Assembly: GCA_000708835.1 (NCBI GenBank)
Contig: DF236987.1
Coordinates: 1 to 64,000, forward strand
DNA from: Klebsormidium nitens
Taxonomy: Eukaryota; Plantae; Klebsormidiophyceae
DNA length: 64,000 nucleotides
Reading direction: 5' to 3'
Shown here: piece by piece, positions 15,878 to 26,733 of the stretch
Layout: each line of letters starts with the position of its first letter
How positions within the stretch are numbered: position 1 is the first letter of the stretch
Notes under the pieces: model-generated
What the model saw: the letters and a program-made list of their open reading frames with translations, nothing else
What the model was told of the DNA's origin: nothing
Databases searched by the model: none
Made by a program: the position numbers and the translations under genes

Positions 15878-18800
15878 TCAGCCGCCCGGGCCGACGCACT
15901 GGGTGACTCCCTTGGGCGTGAGGACGCAGTCTTGGCCGGGGTCCACGCGCTGCAGCACCAGGGCGTAGTCGAGAAGGGCGACCGCGCAGTTGCCAGCCTC
16001 GAAGTAGAGCTCGTCCTGGCAACAAAAGGACGGATTGGCGGTGGGAAGGGACCCCAAACACCAGCAGAAAATTGCCCCCGCCTGATACTGTATTGCTATT
16101 AGTGAGCGACAAGAGGGCACTCTTTCGAAATGCTGAGGATTTTCAAAAAGAGTTGCAAACGGCTTAGCTGATAGCGACCATCTCGGGGCCCTGAACCTCG
16201 TACCGGAGCCGTTGCACGACCGTTCTCCAATGTGTCGGGTGTGATCTTCAGGACTCCGACGATTAAAAGTATCCCCGCCTCCCTTGAAGATGTCGAACAC
16301 TCCGTCGAAAACACAACATCTTGGGTGCGAGTTTGAGGGCCCCACCATCTTAACTGCTTCACAGTCCGCAAAGACAGAACCGGACTACAAGCACAAGGCC
16401 ATCTGCGCACACGACTTATTGGCTCTCTTGTTTATGCACCGGCTCCGACGGCCGCTCATCTCTCGCAAGATGTTAAGCTTGAGAACAATCTTCCAGTTCT
16501 GCACGGCGAGGCACGCCCTGAGGCACGAGGTGAGAACATAATCGCCGCAGAGCTCGCTGTTCCTCACCTGCGGTTGCAGGTAGATGGCTCGCCGCTTGCT
16601 CCCCGTGATGCGGTCGTCGGACTCGCGGTGGAAGCGGTAAATGGCCTCGGAGTCCGCCACGTCGACCTGGCGCACGCCCAGCTTGACCCGCCGGAACAAC
16701 TCGGCGCACACGAAGTCGCCAGCGGCGTCGCTCTCGCTGAACCTGGACACACGAGGGCCAGTGCGCCAGGGTCAGAAAAAGGGGTTAATGCAAATCCTGG
16801 GTGGCATGCGATTCTAGCCGACATGCCCACTGTTCTGGAGCAGGTTCTGGACGATAGCGGCTCGAGCACCTGCAATCGGTCCAGACTCAAGTTACGGTGC
16901 TACTGACTGGAGTTAGCAATTATGTTCCGGCGGCTACGCAGTTGCGCGCTCGGCTATTGACGAAGGAAAGAAAAGAAAGCATACCTTGAAGGTGCGTCTC
17001 ATCCTTCGGATGTGTGGTTAGTGGGGGGAATTGATAGTACAGTTACAAAGTCGAAGTATCGAAGACCCTAAAAGCCACCAGAGCTTACTTTCTATCCCAG
17101 ATAGAATTTGCTCAGAATCGCCCCCACAAAAGAAAATGTGTGCTGCTAGCAGCTGCAGATGAAACTGGAAACGACAGTCCTCGAGAATTTAAGAGAAAAG
17201 CATCATTTCCAGTTAGAAGCAAGCACACCCGTAAGTAAAGGGTTGGCTTCTTTGAAACAATTTGCCGCCACCGCTCGCGCTTTCCTCCTGCTTCGTGCTC
17301 TCACCTGTTGTTGATGTACAGCTCCAGCCTGCGCGGCCCGAGCGGCTGCCCCTGCGGCCCGCTGGGGCTCAGCACGATGGTCTGCCGCGTGGGGCTGCCA
17401 CGTGGATCGTACACCGACTCCTGCACGCCGCCGTAGCCCAGGCTGGCCTCCATAAGCGACCTGGCACGCAGAAAACGTACTGGTGAGCCTCATTGGCGAG
17501 CCTTGTTCTCAACGACCCTGGAACAAGTTAAGCATCTGGGTATAGCCATTGTTCCTTAAGGTTCAAACCAATGGACAGAACGGTTGTGCTATTTCTTTGA
17601 AAGGCCTCACAATTGCACCATCGTTTAGCAGACGGATAGCACAGGAAACGCAGGAAAGCACGACAACCCTAAGCGGCCCTGCTGATTGCACGGTAGATCC
17701 CCTGCACGAAGCATGTGGCTATCGTTGACAGGTTTGTTGGGCCGCAGGACAGCTGTCTCGTAGTCTTTGGTTTCACGAGGCTTCAGGCTGTCACATCTCA
17801 GACAAAAGTTGCGATGCACCAGACTGGCCAGCAACAGCACTTTTGTAAGAAGCAAGCGGCTCACTTTGCATTGAATGCCCTGTCTGCAATGATGGCACTC
17901 TCCGGCAGCTGCCCCGCCGTGACGCGCAGCTTGTTGGCCCATGTGTCGGGCAGCGTGCTGTAGAAGCGCGCCTCGTATTGCACCGCCGAGCCCACGCCGT
18001 AGCGGGGATCTGCCACCTCTCGCGCCAGCCTGCACCAGCTACTCGCAGGTCAGGTGCGGAGCTTCAGGGAAAAATTGGTGTTGATCCATGTGATCGCAGG
18101 GGCTTTATAAACAAAGCGCCTTCCAAGAATGCGGGACAGAAACGCTCAACCACGGAAGAAAAGCGATGCCACGTCAGCCAGCCAGTGGCACTGAACAGAC
18201 TCTGTGTAGGAGCCTCCAAAGAGAGCAGTACCACGCAATCCAGGCCCAATGGATAGGTTCGCACCGTCAAGATTCTGCATATCAGAATTGTGACAGAGCT
18301 GGGGACATGGCGGATGATCCAAAAGTAGGGATTCAAGCAAGAGACGCCCCACCCGGTGGAGATGAATCGCTCCCCCAGCGGCGCCTTGAAGCCCGTCAGT
18401 TTCGCTGTGACGGTCCAGGTGCCAAAGAGCCACTGCGGGTAGTACAGCTGGAAGGGCCCCAGCAGGGCCGACCCCGGGTTGTACACGCGGTCCGCACTCA
18501 GCCGCTGCGAAAGAGGGGGGTCCAGCCCAAACGGCAGCCCTGCGCTTGTTGCGGTGGGGGGCATGGAAAGAGCTGCGCCGCACACTGTGATAGCAACCGA
18601 GTGTCGCAGCAAAGCACTGCGGGTGTGGACCTCATAGACGGAGCCCGGCTCGGTTGTGGTCTTACCACCCTGATCATCACCTTTACAACTATGATCGCTG
18701 CACAATGTGTGCTTAAGCTGCTGGTGGGCTGATCGGTGATTGCAGACAACGGTGTCGCCAGCTGGCGTCCATTCACAAGTACGGCGTGCTACAGAGGGGG

Positions 18801-19029
18801 GGCTGCTGAAAGATTCCTGAAATGCGTATACTGGGGTCTGCCACCTCGCTCGAAAAACAAAGGTGGGCGGATTATTACACAGTCTACTTTGCGAGGACTC
18901 TAGTGGCCTGCCGACCGAATAAGCGACGCTGCGGCCGCATTGTACTTCTGCTAGACGAACTCTTTGGCTGTGCCAGATTGACGATGGCTGGGCCGGGCAC
19001 TGGCAGCAGGCTGGTGCAGCACCACCCAT
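15878..19029 (-). CDS. DUF6816-like protein (cyanobacterial/plastid-type conserved unknown) with a long N-terminal targeting-like extension, 5 exons
   Basis: Exons 19029-18353, 18029-17865, 17460-17305, 16742-16568, 16015-15878. Motifs YYPQWLFGTWTVTA, IIADRAFNA, AIYLQPQDELYFEAGNCAVALLDY. The start is inferred from an uninterrupted frame back to ATG 19029. The family name is recalled, not searched. Confidence 0.72.
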
Positions 19030-19114
19030 GCTGCCACGGCGGTCTTCCGAGGCGCAGGGTCGGAGAGTGTCTTCTAGCTAGCTTACTACCTGTTGTATCG
19101 ATATGATGCCCTGA

Positions 19115-19738
19115 CTACTTCTTGTCACCCACTCCCTCCATTGAGAAGCCCCCTGCTCCAACTGACGCAGCCATTATGGCAATGGTGACCCCCTGAGCGA
19201 CGACTCGTGCGCGCATGAGCTGTTGACTTCTCTGCGTGTTGCCCTTCTTGAAAGCATACAGTCCCGCAGCTAGCACGCCAGCCGTCAAGAAGGCACCTGC
19301 AGGGTTGGTGCAGCTTGTCTATTTATCAGTCTTGATCAGACAGCCAAGCACATGACAGTATCCCTGAGAGTAATGCCTGCGGTCATCAGCTAATGGGAGT
19401 GCATGGGTGGCGCTAGGAAGTCATCTTTGATTGACAGGTCAAGCACCAATCAGCGGTGGTGCTTCTCATGAACACCTCCACTCACAAGTTGCACTTCTGA
19501 TATCAGTAGCAGTTCAAAATAACACGGATCTCTGAAAGATCCTGAAAGATCCTGCATCTGAATGGGCTGTCCCTCCAAGAATCGTCGCAATGCTGACACA
19601 CTTTGCACTGTAGTGTCAGATCTTTGAGCCTCACAGCTTCACAGACCAAGCCTTACCTGCTGGCACCCACGGGTTCCGCTTATTGCCAGAGGCAAACATG
19701 TCTTCCTCCTCCTCAAAGGGAACACCGCGGGACGTCAT
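19115..19738 (-). CDS. HIG1 domain protein (hypoxia-induced, Rcf1/HIGD2A type), 87 aa, 2 exons; not in the supplied ORF track
   Basis: Exons 19738-19657 and 19296-19115, with GTAAGG donor and CTGCAG acceptor. Protein MTSRGVPFEEEEDMFASGNKRNPWVPAGAFLTAGVLAAGLYAFKKGNTQRSQQLMRARVVAQGVTIAIMAASVGAGGFSMEGVGDKK has two hydrophobic helices and the Q-x3-R-x-R-x3-Q motif. Confidence 0.9.
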
Positions 19739-20952
19739 GCTAGTACACTTTGATTGCTCGCACGTGTGGACCCCCAGATACCCGACTTATGGCTTGTGCA
19801 AACCTGATCAAGTGCCTCCTTGAAAGAGAGCATGCGCCGGACCATGCGCACACCTTATCGCTGCGGCTCTTGACGACTGTTGGAGGAGTCGTCCTTTTCC
19901 TGCGCCAGCTTGATGAGCCTCCTGAGCAAGTAGCTAGCTGGGCCGCTGCGGCGCTGGCAGTGGCATGCACCACTTCGCAAGGAACAGGCTCGCGTGTAGC
20001 CTTAGCCTTAGGCCAAAGCACCACCCATGCCAATGCCAATGCCAATGGATGCCCCGGCCGGGCCCTAGCTTGCATGCAACTGTTCCAAGAAAAGTTTCCT
20101 TCGGGCAGAATCTTGGACTGGGGCAAGTTACAACCGGCAGCGTTTCCAGCAACGGCAAAATCGTCGTGACTATCCTCTAGACTGAAATAGCCGGCAAGAA
20201 GTGCCGCCGAATTTGCCGTTAAAAGACGCCAGCTTGAACATTCTGGAGGTTCATTTTGGGAGATAAAATTTGCAGGAGGCAACTTCTCAGAACGAAAGCT
20301 GAGGCTCATTTTCCAGCTGCTGGCACCAGCTGAGCGGCTAGCTGCGAGCTGGCGAAAAGGCCCTTCCGCATTTCGGGGCCAAACAAGACCTGATAACAGC
20401 TACATGTCTGCCTTGCTCTGCCTTAGACCCTTCTCTATGACGCATTTTCTGCTTCAAGGTTTGCGCAGGCCTGGACTTGGAGCAGAATTGAATGCTTGAT
20501 CAGTGGACTCAACATTGGAAGTTGCAAGCAGGAACATGAGCAATTTTTGATCGCATTGGCTGCAGAAATCAGATGGACTGAAGCAGACAAGCTTTACGGC
20601 AGCGACTTGGTAGCCAAGTGCAGCCAAGAGTTTGCACAAGGATAAAGAGCGGCTGCAAATGCCGCACAGCATTCATTGTATTGCAGGCCCTCAAGTTGAG
20701 AGCATCACAATTGATTGAACATTGAAGCACCGCCCACTCAACACGTTTGCTGCTGGACATTCGCTGGTCATTCCAAGCCTCATGAGCACCAGAACATTGG
20801 GGAGCTGTGGTTCAAAGGTTGCATCCCTCCCATTGCTATCAGCACCACTTACAGAGCAGGGTCGCAGTTTCGTTTCCGTTTGGAGGCCCTCTTTGAGCAA
20901 GCCCAGCCCAGGAGGTCCAACCAAGTCAACGCGGAGAGCTACTCAAACAGTA

Positions 20953-23900
20953 ATGGTTTACCATGATGGTGAGCTGGCGGTGCAGCGCAGAGTGGGCACA
21001 GCGGAGCAGGCAGCCCAGTATGCGGTGAGTGGGCGGCATTGCAGGTTGGAAACCTTCTTGAAGCTTGTGCAATCGTGTGTGCCTGCACGAGTCTCGAAAC
21101 TGCTTTCAGGCTGTACCTTCTGTCACAATTCAACAATGTAGGTGCACGTGAGCTTCTTGTGAGGTGGATGTACCTTCCTTTGTTCTAGATCTTGGAACCT
21201 GGCCCTTTGCTATTCACAAGTAAACAAGCCCAAAGCTCAAAAGGGCCCAACTCTCAACGTGAAGGTCCTTGAAGAGTAAACGTATTTCATAAGGGTCCCA
21301 TTGTGGTCTCTGGCAGCACCCCTTCTGCCTTTGACTCTTCCCCTGCGCTGTGCAGGGGTTCGTGCGGCCCCTAGTGAACCAGCAGCTCTCCCTCTTTGCG
21401 GAGCAGCGCAGTGATGTCATCGCTGCGTCAGCGGACTCTGAGGGCCGGCTGTGGGCCAGCATGCTGTTTGGCGCCCCCGGCTTCATGCGCGTCACTCCAG
21501 ATGCTTCAGCTCTTCTGGTGGGCGCCGACAACATGCCAACTGTCAGCCCAGGGGATCCCCTGCACGACAATGCACTGGCCGATGGAGCCGCCCTGGGCTT
21601 CCTCTGGTGAGTTTTAGCACCACGACCCGTTCAAAACAAGAATCATTTGAAGACAATGCTGATAAAGAGGACTCAGGAGGAGGCGCCTGCTGGGGAGGAT
21701 TTTGCCCACAGAAAATGCGTTGGAGGTGAGGGGATGCAGTAGGGGATAAAGGGATCAACCGGGCAAGTGAAAACTCATGTTGGCATTGTAGGGTCAACTC
21801 CAGGCTTGATGTGTGCATGTTTGGAACAGCGTTACGATGCATTTTCAAAGGGCGACTTAGCAGTGACTTGTAGCAATTGAGTGTGCTGATTGGCAAGTGA
21901 AAGTGCCCCTTTTTTTGTTGTTTAGTGTCACATGGTTGCGGCAGTCCTTCCTCCTATGGCCTGTCTTGGTCCGTGATTTTTTGGTCCTCCTGTAATCGCT
22001 CTCCTATAATCGCCCTCCTGTAATGGTCTGGCATTGCCATATGGCGTCTGGCTACTTCATGGCAACCCGCATTGTTCTGACCCCTCTCGACCTTCTGTGC
22101 AGTATTGAGATGCAAACACGCCGGCGCAACCGCATCAATGGCGTGAGCCGCCCTGCGCGCGCTCCCCCTGGTGGGCTGTTCGTGCAGGTACAAGAGGCCT
22201 TTGGCAACTGCCCCAAGTACATCACACGGCGCACCATCTCCTCCCCTTCACAGGGGGCTGGTTTGCTCCAGGGAGAAGCCCCCCCTGTCAAAACTCAGAG
22301 CCTAACTCCTGACCAGCAGCGGCTGATTGCAGAGGCGGATATGATGTTTGTGGCCACAGCCAACCCAGGGGGAGGAGCAGATGCGTCGCACCGCGGGGGA
22401 TCCCCCGGGTTTGTGCGATTCTTGGACGAGAGGACGTTGATGTGGCCCGACTACACTGGGAATGGCATGTTCATGGTGAGCCGCTTATTTGAACATGTAG
22501 TGTCTTGATTGGCTAACTCTTGACTGGACCACATGGCAGCCAGCTAAGCCCTTGAACATTGAAAGAGCACCTCAAAACACAGGGGTGGTATTTGGCGCAA
22601 GATGCACGTATTGCATTTCAAAAAGTTTTGTTCCATCGTATTTTCTGGTTCGAAGCACGCCCTCTCCACTTGGTCGCCAAAGCGGAGGTCTGGGGCTATG
22701 CTCACGGCCTGGGTCCGCTTCCTGAAACAATTGCTCGCTTACTGCTTGTTGCCAGAACTGGAGCGCTGTTCAATGGCCTTTTGATCGGTGTTCCGTCTTG
22801 CAAAGATCTCACCCCCTCTCCGCCCCTCGCGCAGACTCTGGGCAACATCCAGCTGAACCCCGCTGCGGGCCTGCTCTTCATCGACTGGGCCGGCCACTCG
22901 CTGCTGCAGCTGACCGGCCACGCGCAGGTCCTGTTCGAGGAGGACATCGCACGCCGCCAGCTGGCGCCCCTGCTGGGCGGGGCGGAGCGCGCCGTTATCT
23001 TCACAGTCGACGAAGAGTTGCACCGCAAGAACAGCGTCCCCTTTGACTACCAGCTGATTGACTACTCCCCCTACAATTACCCCGTGCCAGCCAGCCTTGC
23101 CAAGAACAGCACGGTAGCCCCGGGGAAGGACGAGCAGACCGTGACAGTGGTAAACATCCAGCAGATTACACCCCTCGTAAAGGAGTTCACGTTTGAGACG
23201 GAAAACGTGTTGCAATACTTGCCGGGGCAGTACGCCATGTTCAATCTGGAGGTGCCGCGGGCAGGGGGTGCGGGCGCGCAGCACTTGATGCGCAGCTGGA
23301 CCGTCACCAGCACTGCAGCGCCGAACAAGCGCACCTTCTCCATCGCCGTGAAGCGCCTGCCGGGGGGGCGCGCATCCACCTGGTGAGTAGGCCCCTTGTA
23401 CAAACAAAGGGGTTCCAAGATACTGGAAATGGTCGTGCGGGGCGGCTGCCCCACTCGAGCTGGTTCTGAATGATTGGGACCACTGCGTGACGGAATGGAC
23501 TAGAGTTGAGGTCTTCTTTCAGCCCTTGAGGAGCAGAGCACGTCTGTCGGAGAACGCTGGGATGAATCCACTTAAGCCAACACCTGCACGTCCATCCAAC
23601 CCTTTTCTACGGTATGCAATTCTCGATCCATCACCGACTGTACACACACTGGGCACCTACAGTAGGCCCCCTCCCTAGTCCCCTCCTAATCTGGCTCCGT
23701 GCTTGTTCTTTCTCGCAGGCTGCACGACACCGTCCGGCCCGGCACCCTGGTGCACCTGGTGGGCACGGCGGGCGACTTCACGCCCTTCTCTGCTGCCGGG
23801 GTGGTCGCCGCTCCCCGGCTGCTGCTGCTGTCGGCGGGCATCGGCGTGACCCCCATGCTGGCCATCCTGCGCGGGCTGAGGGCAGGCCAGGGGGATCCCC

Positions 23901-24698
23901 CCGACGTGGTGGCCGTTCACACCTCCCGCACCGCTGCAGATGTTCCCTTCAGGTAAGAACACGGCTCCAGCCTGAGACACCCGCTTCGGCATGCTTCGAG
24001 TGCTTGGCTGCAAAAGTGGCGCACGTCTAGGCGCCTGTCACGAAACTCAGCTCGAGCGGACTGTTCCTCGGATGTTTTCGGAGGACGAAGCTTCTTACCG
24101 AAGGTGAACGCCCATGATATGTTTCTGATCGAACGGTCTTTGCTGCTTTACTCAGATCTGTTATCGCTGCGCAGGTCCGAGATGCCTGTGAGCGCCAGTA
24201 CGGACGGCTTCCTTTTTGTGGAGAATCTGACGGAGCGGGATGGCCGCCTCACTGCAGACCGTCTGAAGCAGCACGTGCCTGACGCGGCGACCAGGCAGGT
24301 CAGTGAGCGCGGTCCGGTTCAGTGCGTCTCGTCGCTTGAGACCCAATGATCATAAGGTGTAGGGACGCTTCTCTGCAGACGGCTCTTCATTCCAAAGTAC
24401 AACAGCTTCGTCTGTAAGTAGGGAACTCTTTCCATTCAGTTGCTTGTTTCCGTGCACGAGGCACCTTCTAAATTCGTACGAAGATCAGAGTCATTTCGCC
24501 GCGGGTCAAAGAAATGAGGTCGATCGGTGCGCTCCTCAGAGGGAGGGTCGCACTTCAAAGCCAAGCGCTGATAGATTTCGCTGCCTGTCGCAGGTGTACC
24601 TGTGCGGGCCGGCGACGTACCAGACTCACATGACGGCACTCCTGGAAGCGCTGGGGGTGCCACCTGGCAACATCCACACCGAGAGCTTCTCCTACTGA
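20953..24698 (+). CDS. Fusion oxidoreductase: tandem pyridoxamine 5'-phosphate oxidase-like FMN-binding domains plus ferredoxin-reductase-type FAD/NAD(P)-binding domain, 7 exons
   Basis: Exons 20953-21024, 21356-21606, 22103-22475, 22835-23382, 23719-23952, 24175-24298, 24594-24698. Motifs YHDGELAVQRR, AFGNCPKYI, ADASHRGGSPGFV, PDYTGNGMFMTLGNI, PGQY, RSWT, SAGIGVTPM, YLCGP, HTESF. Confidence 0.9.
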
Positions 24699-25449
24699 GG
24701 CACCACCGCGGGGAAGCTGGGCAGAGAACTCGAAGCAGCGAGGGTTTTGTTTCGGATGTCCTGGGGCGCCGCTCCGACAGAAATGCTGGTGCTACATTCA
24801 AGACGACCTGCGCGGTCGCTCTGTGCAACAATACTTCCATGTGATATATCCAGTGGTGCGTCCAGTTGAGTTTGTGAGGAAAATTCTATTGAGTTTGTGG
24901 GAAAAGAATAGCGTTTATGAGGGACAGTGTATTAGATTTTTGGTGTGACGCTAAAGTGGTTGGCATCAGACACAGAGGCGGATGCAGCCAGGTAGGGGCA
25001 GTGAACTCAACGTCGTGGCATGCGGCCAGGGTCGGATAGTGGAGCATTTTTGGGCCAGCTGTTCCTTAGCTGAGGCTCTTTGAATCTTGTTTGACAAGCT
25101 TCTGTACGTATACTCGCTGTACTCCGTTGTGAACAGATTATGCTGGCTTGTAGACACCTGGCTTAAACTGCGCTATTACAGTTGCGCTAAGTCACAAATT
25201 TGGACAACCTTGAGACAGCTTAGGAGGTAACTTGGACTAGAAACACGGTCGTTGTTTGATTGACAATATGGTATTATTCGATTTTGTTGCAGCCAGATAT
25301 GGCGGCCTAGGGTTGCGTTTCAAGTTTCCGAGTCAGTGCCAGCTGGTAAGTTGGAAAAGTGATTCTCCTGTCGAAATTGCTTCAAGTTGGGGGCATGATT
25401 TACAGCAGAAGGATCCGGTACCTCACCATCCTTGAAAAGTCAACCGTCA

Positions 25450-26520
25450 AACCTCGAGTCGTTATAGTGCACATGGGGGGCCTAGGGCGTGACACAGGCG
25501 CTCAATGCACGCGGAATCAGGCCCGAGGGCGTACGGCATGTGCATGGTCGGACTGCAACTTGCATGCACCTATACAATATATCATGGTATGCGTGACGCA
25601 CTACCCCGTATTTCTCGATGTAGTAAACAGTTGAATAGTAAGCATTTTGGAGTACGTCACTGAAAATCCTAACTCAGATTAAAAATCGCCCCTTCCGCGC
25701 ACGTATGGCCGTACCCACCCGGCCTAACGCCCTCACCAACCGTCCCTACCGGCCCGTCTCCGTTACTGGCATGCTTTACCCCATCATGGACGGTCCCACT
25801 GCGCAGTTCGATCGAGCGCATTCTAACTGAAATTAAGACGACGAAACCCGGCCGGGTCACCTTTTCTTCCGCACGAGGCCCATATGCATGGCATATTTTT
25901 GACTCAAGCTCGCGCGCTCGATTCGATCCTTCAGAACCGAGTTCCTGCAATTCCCTAGTTGGATCTGATATCGAAAGAAAGCTATATAGCTGATCGAATC
26001 TGCATATTGATATCATTGGGACGACAGTATACATGATTCAGGAATTCAACCGTCCGGGCCCACTGCGTGGCCCGGCCAGTTATTAGATTCCGCTTGTACA
26101 TATGTTAGCAATAAGCTAGGACGATATATTGAGCCTTTCCGTCAAACGCCGACTCTTTGAATATGTACTTAAAGATCTCCTACGGCCGGGCCGACCTTCC
26201 GAAGTTTGCAAAAATTCAGCTGAGGCGTCGATCTGGCACGCACATGCATAGGTAGCATGATGACAAAAGTGCGCAATGATCTGCATAAAAACTTTGAAAG
26301 CGGCACCGGCGGGGGTTCAAGCCGGGTAACTTGAAGTGGCTCAACCCAGCCCGTCCTAGAACGTGTGATGCAAGTGCCACTTCGTACCTGTATGTACAAT
26401 CTGCGTCAACCAATTCCTTTATAATTCCAAAAGCATACGCAGGCTCAGCGCAACTTACATAATGGGTGTTGTTCAACCAACATATTGGCAATCACAGGGA
26501 CCGCACGCATGCGCGGCAGA
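25450..26520. other. Convergent-junction spacer block 3; boundaries approximate
   Basis: RY tracts at 26236-26250 and 26502-26515. GC islands near 25720, 25850, 26050-26080 and 26183-26196. Confidence 0.7.
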
Positions 26521-26733
26521 TTTGGACGGCCGCACTCCATACTCCAGGTGACAGTGTTGCTAAATGCCCGTGCTTGCCAGCTTTTCGCTACAACACATAA
26601 AGATCAGGAAGCATCTGCGGTCGGAAGTGAGAGTTTCTCCACTGATCGAATGCGATCAGTTTCTTGAGCCTCTCTTCGAGCTCCTTTCCTGTTCAGCAAG
26701 ACCGCTGCTCTCGTGCCCGCCTGTCTTCGGGGC

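Noticed and set aside
19740-20309. Overlapping 139-aa (+) and 189-aa (-) ORFs between HIG1 and the oxidoreductase
   Set aside because: Non-ATG starts, no recognisable motif, and they include a microsatellite. They are most likely promoter or UTR sequence.
22739-23407. Long antisense ORFs opposite real exons (also 57023-57952, 18166-18732, 2040-2538 and others)
   Set aside because: Shadow frames expected from GC-rich codon usage, with no domain signatures.
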